A DNA stretch of 64,000 bases from Raja brachyura (Eukaryota), in NCBI GenBank assembly GCA_963514005.1, contig OY740795.1:4960001-5024000 (forward strand). The letters are read 5' to 3'. Positions 1-13,234 of the stretch are shown here, in pieces (the first letter of the stretch is position 1; each line of letters begins with the position of its first letter). The position numbers and the translations under genes are program-made. The notes below the pieces were generated by a model. The model saw only the letters and a list, made by a program, of their open reading frames with translations. It made no database searches and was not told the DNA's origin.

Positions 1-954
1 CGCTGGGCCTAAGGGCATGTTTCCACGCTCTATCTCCAAACTAAACTAAACTAAACTAAACTAAACTAAACTCTCACGCCCGACTGTGAATGGTGGAAAC
101 GCCATGTATTTGCTCTGCCTAAACCAAACTTGATTTCCCACACCCCAATCAATCTCCTCTTCATCTTTGTGGCTCTAAGAAAAAGACACACTTCTTCATT
201 TTAACATTGCAGTCGAAATTAATACATGGAAGAATTCAAGCAGCCCCGACTGAGCAGTCCCTAACTTTCCCATCCCTCCCAAAATTTGGAACCATAATTA
301 ATTTTACTGGTATCAGTCGTCCATCTATAATATTGACTCTGACTTCCAAACCATTTTTTTGAGTAGAGGACCTATCCAGTGCAAAATGCCAGGCAAATCC
401 ACCTTCTTTAAATTTCACTAATTTTTTTTCTCAAAATATCACCTTCCTTATTTGTCAGATTCCAGCTCTTGTTACCTTTGTGTCCCAGCTTAAGAGCTTC
501 CAGCCTCTCTCCTCATTCACCCTCCCCTCATTCCACCTGGATCCATGTGCCCATATTTTCTCTCATTTCCCCTTGTTCTACTTCCACCCTATTACCCATA
601 TGCTTCTCGCTCACAAAATCTGGATTGTTTACTGTGGAGCGTCGGTGGCTGTGGGGACAGACATCGATAGGGTGGACAATCAGAATAATTTTCTCAGGGT
701 GGAAATGTCAAAGTCTAGAGGGCGTACCTTAAAGGCGGGACGTACAACTTTTAAAGATTAGCGGGGCAATTTATTTTCCACAGAAATTGATGCATGCACG
801 ATCATAGCATTTAAGAGGCTAATGGTGGGGCACGTGAATATGCAGGGAATGGAAGGATATCAACCACGCGGAGGAAAGGACATTGTGGGTCGAAATGTCT
901 GTTCGTGTGCTGTTCTATTCTACGTACACTACGTTCTATGAAAGTCAATGTTAC

Positions 955-1112
955 CTTAATCGTCGTTGTCAATGCGCCGTATATGGTACTGATCATAAAG
1001 AGGATCACGAAGGCGATAACTGTTCCTGGAGAATTGGCCTCCTCGTCCATGTATTCTATCATGACGCCATCTGCTGCAGAGTCATGGAGATCTTCTTCTA
1101 TCTTAGGGAATT
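955..1112 (-). CDS. IgNAR: IgNAR transmembrane exon TM1
   Basis: ttctag acceptor, phase 1 matching the C5 internal donor. EFPKIEEDLHDSAADGVMIEYMDEEANSPGTVIAFVILFMISTIYGALTTTIK|GTAACA: acidic spacer, FxxLFxxSxxY core, terminal K with phase-0 donor. An in-frame alternative acceptor (gcag|ATGGC, ~1070) is possible. Confidence 0.88.
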
Positions 1113-1660
1113 CTAGAATCGACAGAGGATCATTATTATTATTTTTTTATTTGCGAAAAGCAGAATAAACTCAAAAGCCGTTGCACCAATGTAACGCGCC
1201 AGTTACGATGGACATTGTGGTTTGGGAATCGAACTGGGAGAAATTCAAAGATGCCCAATATATTGAAGAAATATGATGTTAATTAATGTAATTGCCAGTG
1301 CAACGTTGAAACTCGTCGAACGTGCGTAACGCCATATCGGTAACAGAACACGCAGGGCAGACCAAACACAACGAACTACAGATGCTGTGTTGTGTTGTGC
1401 AAACCCCAAAGTGAGTCAGGCAACATCTCCAGAGGGAATGGAGAGGCGAACCTTTGGATCAGAACCGTTCTTCAGACTGAAACGTCACCTGTCTACTCCC
1501 TCAACGGATCCCAGACCCCTCCCAGATCCCTCGAATATCTTCATCATTTTGTGTTATGCAGGCAGAGCATTGTTTTAACCGTTACATAAATCCACAGTTC
1601 ACGCCACACAGATTTAAGATTCCGCCGTGATTAAAACATATTTCTGTTGAGCAGCCGACA

Positions 1661-1833
1661 CAGTGCTGGATTTACCTATAAGCTAAATAAACTATAGCTT
1701 AGGGCCACACAACCTCGGGGGCCTCATTTTTTGAAATATATTTTTATTTTATCATTTTTTACCCGAATTTTTTTAGAGAAGGGCCTCAAATTTCATACAG
1801 CTTAGGGCCTCAGCAGGTGAAAGTCCGGCCCTG
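1661..1833 (+). mobile_element. hAT-type MITE, copy 1
   Basis: Imperfect TIRs CAGTGCTGGATTTACCT...AGGTGAAAGTCCGGCCCTG; perfect 8-bp TSD AGCCGACA (1653-1660 and 1834-1841). Confidence 0.88.
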
Positions 1834-4800
1834 AGCCGACAGCAACCACACAGCGAGAGGATAAATCCTGTTTGAAAGATTAAGAGGCGGCACTATTATG
1901 AGGAGACGGATGGATTGGCCGTATGGCCAAATCTCTGGCACATTACAATCCCATCTGATATAAGAAATGCCCAGTAAAACGGCCGCAGTTTACAATGCAA
2001 CCTGGTCTTACCAGTTACACGGAACTACAGTACCTCACAGACACTTTGTAATCAACGGAACTCGCTGACCCAGACAAATCCTATAAATGAGTTTCGGTCG
2101 ACTATCCCCGACGTGTTTAGCATTAGGAGCCGCGGGGTGATCCTGGGGGCATCTTTCTAATAAACCGTTGCAGTGTGATTCCGCAGTCACACGAGGAGCA
2201 GGGGGACATTTGGGGAAGATATGACTTGCTTAGCCGGCAAAATTGTTCTATAATTGGTTGCCGGTTGTTCCAAGGCACATGATACACACAAAGATTCTGA
2301 AGTTCTGGTTTATATTTATCCATTGTGTACGCTAGACCCAAACATAAATTCCCGCGTGCATGACCTGCCTGGTTACACCATTGCCTAACGAGGGGAAATA
2401 GTTCAATAAACAAAACAAAACTAAACCAATCCAGCAACGACCTCATCAGTTTTCCATACCCTTTTCAAATAATTGATCGCGACGCCACTCATGCTAAATT
2501 TCAAACAATACAATCCTAGATGGTTAACCTCTCTTCCCAGTTTAATCGTTGGCTGCAGGGGAGAGGCTAACGGGGTGGAATGGGGGCGCAGATTGAGAAG
2601 GTTAATAATTTAGTTTTAGAGAGGGAACTGCACCCTAATTTAGAGATGTAATGCCAATAAACAATAGAGCAATCACAATAGACAATAGTTGCAGGAGTCG
2701 GCCATTCGGCCCTTCGAGCCAACACCGCTATTCAGTGTGATCATGGCTGATCAGTACCCCATTCCTGCCTTCTCCCCATATACCTTGACTGTGCTATCTT
2801 TAAGAGAGATAGAGCTCTTGAAGTTAGCAGAGTCACGGGATATGGGGAGAAGGCAGGAACGGGGTACTGTATCTTTAAAGCATCCAAAGAATCGGCCTCC
2901 ACTGCCTTCTGAAGCAGAGAATTGCACAGATCCACAACTCGCTGGGTGAAAAAGTTGTTCCTCACCTCCGTTCTAAATGGCTTACCCACTTATTCTTTAA
3001 GTGAACGATGGTGGGAGTAGGGGTGGGTGGGTGTTGGGACAGCCATAAGCTCGGGACGAAATATGATTTTCATCTTCTTCCTTAAGTTGTAGGAACAGAA
3101 TTAGGCTCTTCAGCCAAATTAGGTCTCCTCCGCCATTCACTCATGGATAACCTATCCTCCAACATACTCGCTCCAACCGCCGCCCCCCCCTCCCCATCTT
3201 CATTTAGTGAAAGAAAGTTAATCCAATACACTTGGCATTCCTTCCCCAAGGCTGGTAATATTTGTAGCTATACTATGTCTTCTATGCCCTTGTCTTAATG
3301 TTCCATATACAAACAGTATTGGATTGGTTACTTATTACTTATTAAAGAAACCTGCATTGACATAATGATTCCAATATTCCTTTGTATCATTGGAATACCC
3401 ACTGCCTTTGATACATTAGAGGATTTCAAATTTAATTTCATTTACGCTCTGAACTGACCGACTGACGCTTTAAAATAATTGACCGAATTTGGCCCATTCT
3501 TGATGACATCAAATCTTAAAAATCTTTGCAGAAACAAGGAACTGCAGGTGCTTGTGTACAAGGAAAAATGCAAGCATGTGCACGAGCAACTCCGCGGGTC
3601 AGGCAGCATCAACCAGAACACGGATCGGTGACGTTTCGGGTCGGGACCCTTCAGAACTTCTTCAAACACCTTTACATTACTTGCAATATTACCAGTTTTG
3701 TGTTATCGATTATCTATACCAGATTGTGGGAGAGTTTCTTCCCAGCCGTTATCAAGCAACTGAACTATCCTATCAAGAACCAAAGTGGTGTCCTGGCTTG
3801 CTTCTATCTCTTTGGAGACACTCGGACTATCTTTAATCGGGCTTCACGGGACTTTACCTTCCGCTAAACGTTGCTCCCTTTATCCTGTATTTGGACACTG
3901 TTGCTTGATTGTAGTCTTGTATAATTTTTCTGCTGACTAGATAGTACGCAACTAAAAGGCTTTCCACTGCACCTCGCTACACGTGCCAATAACCTAAATT
4001 AAATTAAACTAAACTAAACTACCTTTCTATCCTATAAGAGTAACCGCTAATGAAGCCGGTAGAGACTCCGAAACAGAAGGCACCGGCTCTGTAGCTGGAC
4101 CCAAGAATCCTCTGATTCAAAACCGACATCAAAGAGTTGAGATAATACTCAACTGCGTTAAGGGGATCTCCTGTCCAGATTTATCTTTGATGGTATTTGC
4201 AATTTCACCAATGGACCAATACCAGAACTTTGAATTGATTTCAGCTGGACTGATTGAGCCAGTAGTATCCTAAATAACAAGTGCCTCCTCCACCCACTTC
4301 CTGATCCGCACCTGCAAATTGCAACGCGAAGTCAGGAACCATGTGCAATTCAGATACCGGAATTCCCACTTGGTCCTTGATTAGCAAGACCATGGCAGTT
4401 GTCATTTGTACGATGGAGGCGTTTTGACTGAACTTAAAAATGGAAGCTGGGGTCGTCTTTTCAACCCCGCATATCTTCTCCGCCTTTCATTACAATCCTG
4501 GCTGTCTTTTTGTCAACTGAGCTGCTCATACTTGTACCAAACTCACCTCATGTGATTCGACGATTTATATATCTGATCCTTGAATGCACCACATATTCAT
4601 GGAAATAATTTGAAAAATGCGCCACCTTGTATCTACAGATATTTTACTAATTTCTGCCCTGAGTGTCCAAACTTTTTAGTTTTGAATTGTGATATGAGAT
4701 ATTTTAATCTACAGCCAACGGAAGCAAACTCCCCACTTCTCCATATGAGGTCTATAATAACAGCGTGGCCTCTTTCGCTTTGAAAACAGCAATATGGTTT

Positions 4801-5049
4801 AGGCCCCTCTGCATAATGTTTTCTCAGGCGCAATCCAATTTCAAATAAATTTAGTACAATTTCCATGCCAATCCTCACTACTTCCGCGGCTGTCAGCAAT
4901 ATCCCTGACTACAATTCAGTGGGGAGCTATAGATTAGTTCTGAAATCTCACAGTAAAATTGTGTGAATATTCACAAAATCTGAAAATATTTTATTAATTC
5001 CTGATACATTTTTAAACTGGATTTGGTAAAATTACTTTCTGAACGTTTT

Positions 5050-5910
5050 AGAAACATAGAAACATAGAAAGCAGTGCATGAGGGGGTCATTCGGCCCTTC
5101 GAGCCAGCACCGCCATTCATTGCAATCATAGCTGATCGTCCCCAATTAATAACCCGTGCCTGCTTTCTCCGCGCATCCCTTTATTGCACCGACCCCGAGA
5201 GCTCTATCTAACTCTCTCTTAAATCCATGCAGCGATTTGTACTCCACTGTCCTCCGTGGCAGGGAATTCCACAAATTCACAATTCTCTGGGTTAAAACGG
5301 TTTTTCTCACCTCAGTCCTAAATAGCCTCCCCTTTATTCTGTGTCTTATTTCTTATTTAAGACTGTGGCCCCTGGCTCAGGACTCGCCCAATATTGGAAA
5401 CATTTTTCCTGCACCTAGCCTGTCCAGTCCTTTTATAATTTTATATGTTTCTATAAGACCCCCCTCTTCCATCTAAACTCCAGTGAATCCAGTGAAGCCT
5501 AGTCTTTTCAATCTTTCCTCATGTGACAGTCCAGCCATCCCATCGATTGAAGCCATGCTGCACTGCCTCAATCACAAGGATGTCCTTCCTCAAATTACGA
5601 GACCAAAACTGTACACTGTAATAATCTACCCCCTTGTTTTTGCTACCAAAAGTGAATAACCTCACACGTATCTATATTATACTGCATCTGCCACGCATCT
5701 GCACACTCACACAACCTACCCAGGTCACCCTGCAACCTCCTAACATCCTCTTCACAGTTCACGCTGCCACCCAGCTTTGTGTCATCCGCAAATTTGCTAG
5801 TGTTGCTCCTAATTCTCTCTTCCAAATCATTAATATTTAACAGTTGCAGCCACAACACCGAACCTTGCGGCACTCCACTCCCCACTACCTGCCATTCTGA
5901 AAAGGACCGG
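5050..5910 (-). mobile_element. CR1 fragment in the C5-TM intron
   Basis: SGVPQGSVL...[10 protein letters not shown]; AGAAACAT tail. Confidence 0.85.
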
Positions 5911-6769
5911 CCTGAAGGCCCCCGACCCGAAACGTCGCCTGTCCACTTCCTTCATCGATGTTCGTTAGCTCCTGTGCTACTCCAGCACTTAGATTAGTTT
6001 AGTGTAGTTTAGAGATACTGTGTGGAAACAGGCTCAACGGCCCACCGAGTCCACGCTAACCAGCGATCACCCCTATACTAGTTCCATGCGACACACTAGA
6101 GAGCAATTTACAGAAGCCAATTACCCTCCAAAGCTACGCGTCCTTCGAATGTGGCTGGAAACCGGAGCACCCTAAGAAAATAGTTGCGGTCACTGGGATA
6201 ACGCACAAACCGTGTAAAATGAAGGGTGCAGTCGCGCGAGGCGAGGGAATTCAGCTTTAAGTGGGGTCTTGTGGGGTTCGGTGTGTGATGCTAGCAAAAG
6301 GGCACTATGCATTCATGAAGCAAATGAGTGAAATAAAAATAGTTACTTGGCAAATTCTATAGAAATGATCCGGGTGGGAAGGCGAGTCTTTGCAGGAAAT
6401 ATTCACACCATCGTCGGATAAGAATGAAACTAGAAAACCTCCAGATTCGGTGATATTTTCAATCGAAAATTTAAACCAATATCTATTTACCCTTTTTCGT
6501 TAATTCTGATACGAGATTGTCCTTGCAGAAATACGTCAAGTAAATAAAACAAACTCTGGAATCTGAGCAGCGATGGTGTGCGAGTATCTGAGTAAGATGA
6601 GTAATTGTCACTACATCGACCCGCCCCACCATCCCAGTCTCCGAAAAAGCGACAGCATAGATGTTTTCCTTCATATGAGGGAAGTTATTACTTTGTACTC
6701 AGTCATGCTTTCCTCTTAATTGCAAAGACAAAAGCACGCATTGGGAAACCAGAAGTTTTTCATTCTGCA

Positions 6770-6775
6770 TTTATT
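6770..6775 (-). terminator. Poly(A) signal for the secreted IgNAR mRNA
   Basis: AATAAA on - strand ~280 nt after the tailpiece stop, followed by a GT/T-rich tract (TGCGTGCTTTTGTCTTTG). Confidence 0.75.
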
Positions 6776-7052
6776 GCAATATGAAGCCACAGACAAGAAA
6801 AAGCGCAATATCCTACCTATTTAACATCATATCAGAAGCATTCTCAACGTTACAGCACAACCTAGACCGTTATAGTTTTTACATATTCTCATCATAGTTT
6901 TCTGTGATTGGTGAAATTAGTGAAATAATTTACTATTTGTCGAATAATCTGAAGGTTGACATGGTATGGGATACGAAGGAGACCGCGGGCTCAGAAGCTC
7001 ACACAGCGACGCAAGGCTAAGCTTCCAAGCATTAGACATGAATCACAGAGAG

Positions 7053-7435
7053 TTAGATGCACGATTTAAAACTGTCGGTCAGAACGAGTGACACATTAAC
7101 TAAAGTAGGTTTACCGTGAGTCTTATTGATACTTCTGACTAAATTCGTTGCGAGGGACGGGTGTCCAACCAAACAGGTAAAGGTGGTCCCCTTCTCCCAG
7201 TCATCAGCAGTTACTTTTAATTTGCTGGCAACTGAGCTGGAGCCGTTTTCCTTGTCTGTGTCAAGTTGGATGGTGTAACCAGAATCCAAAAGGGTGTCGT
7301 TGGCCATCCAGGCGACGTATATGTCTGACGGGTAAAACCCGGTGGCGAGGCAAACTATTGTGGCAACTTTCTCGGCTTGAATCTGTTCCGGTGATGGGTG
7401 CAGCAGGTAGACTTTAGGACGTTCCATTTCGGTAA
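7053..7435 (-). CDS. IgNAR: IgNAR C5 exon plus secretory tailpiece (tail 7053-7114; internal donor after 7115 for the membrane form)
   Basis: tttccag acceptor. VTEMERPKVYLLHPS...WMANDTLLDSGY...CLVGHPSL...INKTH G|GTAAAC, then tail GKPTLVNVSLVLTDSFKSCI* with NVS sequon and penultimate Cys. Confidence 0.96.
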
Positions 7436-8341
7436 CTGGAAAGAGAACAAAACCCATTGAAAAAGACACAATGATTTGAAAATGCACGAATCTTATGTAA
7501 ATTACAAACTGTTAGAGGAACTGAGCGGATCAGGTAGCATCTATGGAGGGGAATAGACAAGTGCCGGTTCTGTTCGGATCTTTTTTCAGATATGCTGTTC
7601 TATCCATGACCTAAACTTCCCATTCCATCTTTTTGCTAGATTCGGGGCGTTCAAATATCAATGAAGGCAACAAATGAGGAGTCACCCGGTGCCAAATATA
7701 TGATATATTGCATTTTCCCCTGTGGGACAGAAAGTTTAACATTTAGAAACGTGTTATTTCATGTCTGCGGAAGCCTATATTTTTCGTTTCAGATACGTTC
7801 AGATAGTTTCACAGGAAAGGGCCCTTAGGCCAATCGAGCTACGCCTACCATCGATCACCCGTTCGCCATCATTTTATGTGATCACAGTTTCTCATCTATC
7901 ATCAATCATCTTGGCAGTTTACAGATATTCATATTGGCAGTTTACAGAGGGGAATTACCCTGCGCACAAGCACTTCCTTTGTATGTGGTGACAAAGCGGA
8001 GCACCGGGGGCACGTGGTCAGAGTGCGAACGTGCAATCGCCAGGCACAGAGCACTGGAGGTCAGGATCGAACCCGGGTGTCTGGCATTGTGAGACAACCG
8101 CTTTATCAGCTGCTTCACAACCCCCCCCCCTCCCCCCCCCCCCCCCCCCATCCATGCTGGCACGGGCGCCCTGAACGTCCTATTCTGATGGGTTGCCATT
8201 CGCTGCGAAATGTAGGGCGTGAAGCATAAGCTGAAGGACAATTCTGTTATTTTCATTCTATCACCTCGGCGCGGGATGGTCAAATGTCAGACTTTATTGC
8301 AGGGGCTATAATGGCTCTGAACGACTGCTAACTGTGCTTAC

Positions 8342-8662
8342 CCTTGGAGCTTGTCGTGGAGACTTTCACTGGCGTTGGCAGATCATTGTCTTCTACGAAG
8401 CACAGGTATTCAACCCCACTCTCCCACTCTTCGACGCTGACCTGCAGCTTGCTGACGATGACAGATTTACTTCCCCTCCACTCAGGATCCCGAGTCTGTA
8501 CTCCTTCCATTATCAGACTCCCATTCACTCGCCACGAGACCTTGACGTTCTGCAAATCGGTGTAAACTACTTCACAAACAATTGTTGCTCTCTGAAGTGT
8601 CCAGATCTCCTCAAATGAAGGTGTTTGTATAGCAGCATTGATGTCAACCACATTGCAGTCTT
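8342..8662 (-). CDS. IgNAR: IgNAR constant domain C4 exon
   Basis: ttttgccag acceptor, GTAAGC donor, 321 nt. EDCNVVDI...FEEIWTLQRATIVCEVVY...PEWRGSKSVIVSKL...LPTPVK; keeps the extra N-terminal Cys at the C3/C4 junction (likely inter-chain bond). Confidence 0.95.
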
Positions 8663-11264
8663 CTGGCAAAAAATAAATGGGAGTCGTTATTCTCTTTCCG
8701 AAACGTTGAAGCTGCGGATAATAGCAACTGTAACCGGATTAAGTGTAACAATTAATTCTACTTACTGCATATCCTCCATTGATTTCTGGTTAGATAAGAA
8801 GGCTCCTCCCCCCTTCGTGCCTTGGTTCCTGTCTTCTTAGGTTGATGTCCTTAGTAATATTTCCATTCACTTATACCGCAGTGCAAGAATTACACTATTA
8901 CCTGACTTTAACTATAACCGACGTCTCGTATTCCGGGGATGCAAGCATTCGCTCACTCGTTCGTCTGAAGATTGTTAGCATTTACCACTGGCCTGAACTT
9001 GGCCGGTCATAAAATGGTTCACATAAAACGAAAAATCGTTTCTCTCTTTCATTCTCCAATTTAATCCTAAATCCTCCTTAACCGAAGGGGGCGAGTAAAT
9101 CGAAGGTTGCGCTCAGTGCCCAATCGCCATGTTTGACAGTGATTTCCTGTCCATGGGGTGGGGGTGGGGGATGTGAATAATTCGGACAAACACCACTGTT
9201 GGATGGCTTGACATTCATTACATTCTCGTTTTATGAAGTGACTTTTTAATCTGTTCAGTATGATGTTCGTGGAGAAATAATCAGAAATGCCAAACCGTGT
9301 ATTTAATCTCAAATTGAAGCATCACTGTATTGTCTTACACGATCACGTGACCAAACACAACAGTGCGAATGTATTTTCCGGGTGTTCTTACCGAATGAAT
9401 TACACCGGAAATTATTTAAACTACAACAATGTAATCAGCGACAACGATAAATAATAGCGGAATCAGGGGATAGGGGGAAAAGGCAGGAACGGGGTACTGA
9501 TTGGGGATGATCAGCCATGATCACATTGAATGGCGGTGGTGGCTCGAAGGACGAATGGCCTACTCCTGCACCTATTGTCTATTGTATATTGTCTATTGAC
9601 AACGCCAACGTTTAAATTCCAGCAGATTGGATAAAGCACAGTGTTTTTTTTTAATAGGTTCGTCGTAAAATTCGCCCACTGTGCCAATAGCATAGATGGC
9701 ATTGTGGTCGATACTGTTGATGTCCTGAAGATGGCAGAGGCTCTCTGATTCAGCTGACTTATTTGATCATCAATCCTTAAATATCATAGCGCTCCATCCA
9801 AGATCTGTCATATTTAAAGACGTATATTTTGATTTCTAGTAACTGTTCTGTACTGCCTGGCGCTGAATGACGATATTAACAGTAGTTAAGTGTAGAGAGA
9901 GGAGGTGGGAGTGGGTGGGGCTGGAGGATTAGCATGGGGTGGGGTTAAGTTGCGAACTGGTAGCATGAGCAGACAAACGAAATACATACGAATCCTCCAA
10001 TTAAACGTGTTCAGAATGTGTAAAGGTATCCCAAATATCCAGCCAAGTTCTATTAAATCCTGGTATCTTTCACTTTGCACTACCTGATGTAGTTGTATAT
10101 GACGTGAGTGTATTCATTATAATACGGTTTGCTGTACAACGCGCAGGCAAAGTTTTACAATGTAGCTCAGTACACCTGACGATATTAAAGCAATGCACTA
10201 GCGCTGAAATCCATTATAATTGTAAACAGCTATAAGTAACTCAGCGATGTTAGGAGGTAAAGTTCCATAATCACCACTGACACTGCTTTGTTCAACTGTT
10301 GCAGTCCAACTTCTGTTCTGTATGGTATGCCAGGTTGCCGGGTATGGCAGAGTATCAGGCTATGAACCAAGCGAAGATGAAAAACGAGATATTTGCAAGG
10401 CAGAATGTGGGAGCGTGGAGGAGAACATGCAAGTGAGTGCATTCCCGAAATTACAAAGCACATGTCCATCTGATGTCTGAGGCTTGGGAGGTGGTGTCAG
10501 TATAGCATGGGTGAATAATTGCTGCGCATCTTGTAGCTGGTAAACAGTGCAACCACCAGTGGGGCAGTAAATAATGGTTCGTGGCCGAGTGAGCTGAGGC
10601 CAATATGGTATCACGCAGATCAGCATTGGGTGCTCTCAATCCATTTCAATACTTTGATTGTGGGATTAGATTGAGTGCAGCTACACTTGCTCTTGGTGCA
10701 TGTTCTATGGACGTATGGGGCATATGGAGGATTTACTGGGATGAAGACGTTCAACAAATGGATAGATGCTTCGTAGATAAAAAAAAGTAATGTGAATATA
10801 TATGACGATATCGACTTTTCTAGAAGTAAATCGAAAGATAGAGTAAGCTGGTCATAGACTGAAGGGTAAAAAGTGTTGCAAGAATCGGAAAGTCAGACAG
10901 CATTTGGGGAGGGAATGGACAATGAGACTGAAGACGCATACAGACCCGAAATCTTGTCTGTCCATTCCCTGCACAGATGCTGCAGGCACCGGTGAGTTCT
11001 TCCTGCAGCACTTAGTGTTTTGCTGAAACGTCCAGTATCTACAGTTTCTTCTGTCTCCAGAGACTGAGATATTGGTGTTCAGATATGCCCTCGTATCCTT
11101 GGGCATGAACTATTGCAAATCAAGTGTAGGTTGTCAAAACTGTAGTTTTGAAAATGGCAGCACAAATTGGAATATGGCATGGAACTTTCTTTGCACAGGC
11201 ATGAACAACGGCATTTGTTAAAGTTTTGTGAATGGAGTTAAACAACATGCCGACTTCTGACCTA

Positions 11265-11735
11265 AACATCTCTTTTGAAAGCATCCAGTAAATCGTTCCC
11301 CCACTGCCTTCTGAGGCAGAGGATTCCACAAATTCACACCTCTCTGGGTGAAAACGATTTTCCTCATCTCAGTTCTAAATGGCCTACCCCTAAATGGCCT
11401 AAACCGTGGACCCTGTTTCTGGACTCCCACAACATTTGGCACATGTTTCCTGCATCTAGCGTATCCAATCCCTTAATAATGTTACATGTTTCCATAAGAT
11501 CCCCTCTCATCCTTCCAAACCTCAGTGAATACAAGCCTAGTCGTTCCATTCTTTGTTCAAATGACAGTCTCGTAATCCCGGGAATTAACCTCGTGAACCT
11601 ACGCTGCACTCCCTAAATGGCATGAATGTCCTTCCTCAAATTAGGAGAGCAAAACTGCACACAATATTCCAGGTGTGGTCTCACCATGGCCCTATACAAC
11701 TGCTGAAGGGCCACTTTGCTCTTATACTTAAATCC
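11265..11735 (-). mobile_element. CR1 fragment in the C3-C4 intron
   Basis: QRRFTRLIPG...ERLGLYSL..RMRGDL. Confidence 0.85.
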
Positions 11736-13114
11736 TAATCACGTATAGTGCTTTCATTGACTGGATAGCACGCAACTAACATGCTTTTCACTGTACCTCG
11801 GAGCACATGACACGAATAAACGAAAGTAATCTAAACTAAAACTACTGAGAGCTCTTGGGATTATACTATGATGGTCTCCATCATTTGCGTTGGTGCAAGA
11901 TATGGTCTGATTGCGCCGATACGATGATATCTCTCATGAAACTGTTAAATGATACGATTGACAGGTGTTCATTATTCCAACAATTATTGCTCTTGTTTTC
12001 CTTCTGAACCTTCTGAATTTGTAGTCAGCACAGCAGTACTCTGCATATCGCCAACTTGTATACCGTCTTCCCCGTGAATTGGGATCTAATGGCGCAAATA
12101 ACGCCTGCATTTAAATTAACAATTTTTCCTTTGTGAGTACCGCTATTTAAGTTTTACTGTTATCCCCCCACCCACCCTCCCCCCACACACACACACACCG
12201 CATTCTCCTGATCCTGGATGGAGACATGCCTTATTGCCACGTCAAGGCAGAAGGTCACAGAGACCTTGGACGTCACCATGCGTCAGGGAGGGAATTCACT
12301 TTCAACAAGTGACGAAGTTTAAATTCCAAAGGAATGATCATGATCACAATTAGGAACAAAATGAAAGGATGCGACTAATTTGCACTCGTCACATCGTGGG
12401 TATTGCATCAATACTTTGTTTATGTCATGCTGACCAACCGTCGCAGGTGATCGGAGGGCTTCAATACTTGGCATGCGCATTACCTCACAATAATTAGCTG
12501 CGCCTACGTTCTGCCTCCAATCAATGAACCGAAGATAATCGAACATCGCCAGGGTGCTGAACAGTGAATTCCAATAACTGGATTCGCACACAGCTTTCCG
12601 TGCCGTCCATATTGCGGGTTTGCCATTTAATCATCTTATTTATCAACCCATTATGTCATAAAACCACAAGACACAGGAGTAGAATTAGGCCATTCACCCC
12701 ATCGATCATCCAATAGATTGAACAGAGTTTACTTATCTATCGACTGGCTAATGTCGCGTCAATTTATACGCATGGATCACATTTATTTTTAATGAGTCTG
12801 ATTACAAGTGTGATCCATTAGTCCATGATCGCAGATTATATTCGAAGACGCCAAAGAATGCTCCATACACGGTGCCATTCCTGAATTACGACCTATATAT
12901 ACTGTTCATGCTGCACCCTATTGGGATCATATCACTCGTGGGGCACTTTAAAATTTCTCATGCAATTGGTCTCCCCGTATGAAGCAGATGTCCGATAATA
13001 TATGCAGTATTTAGGTTGATATTATTATTATACCGGACCTTCAGAGAGCCCGAATAGTTCTCCCGTGCTTTAAACAAACCGACCAACCTGGTCTCCCAGT
13101 ACTCTAGATCTGAT

Positions 13115-13182
13115 CATTGGAGACCTTTGGTGGAATTTACCTGCTGACCATTGGAGACCTTTGGTGGAATTTACCCGCTGAC
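13115..13182 (+). repeat. 34-bp tandem duplication just 3' of C3
   Basis: CATTGGAGACCTTTGGTGGAATTTACC(T/C)GCTGAC x2. Confidence 0.9.
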
Positions 13183-13234
13183 TCCCGATGAAGTGCGCAT
13201 ATTGACTTTGTGTATTTTGACATGTTGTCTTTAC

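Noticed and set aside
528-540. Possible TM2 mini-exon (ccag|GTG GAA TGA); also aag|GTG ATA TTT TGA near 431-445
   Set aside because: Both have purine-rich upstream sequence with no polypyrimidine tract. TM2 probably lies beyond the window start.
12319-12591. 90-aa minus-strand ORF in the C3-C4 intron as an extra exon
   Set aside because: No Ig-domain or TM pattern and no convincing splice sites.
13137-13234. C3 read-through as an alternative secretory tail
   Set aside because: No tailpiece features (no NxS/T, no penultimate Cys), it runs into a local tandem duplication, and a good GT donor is present.
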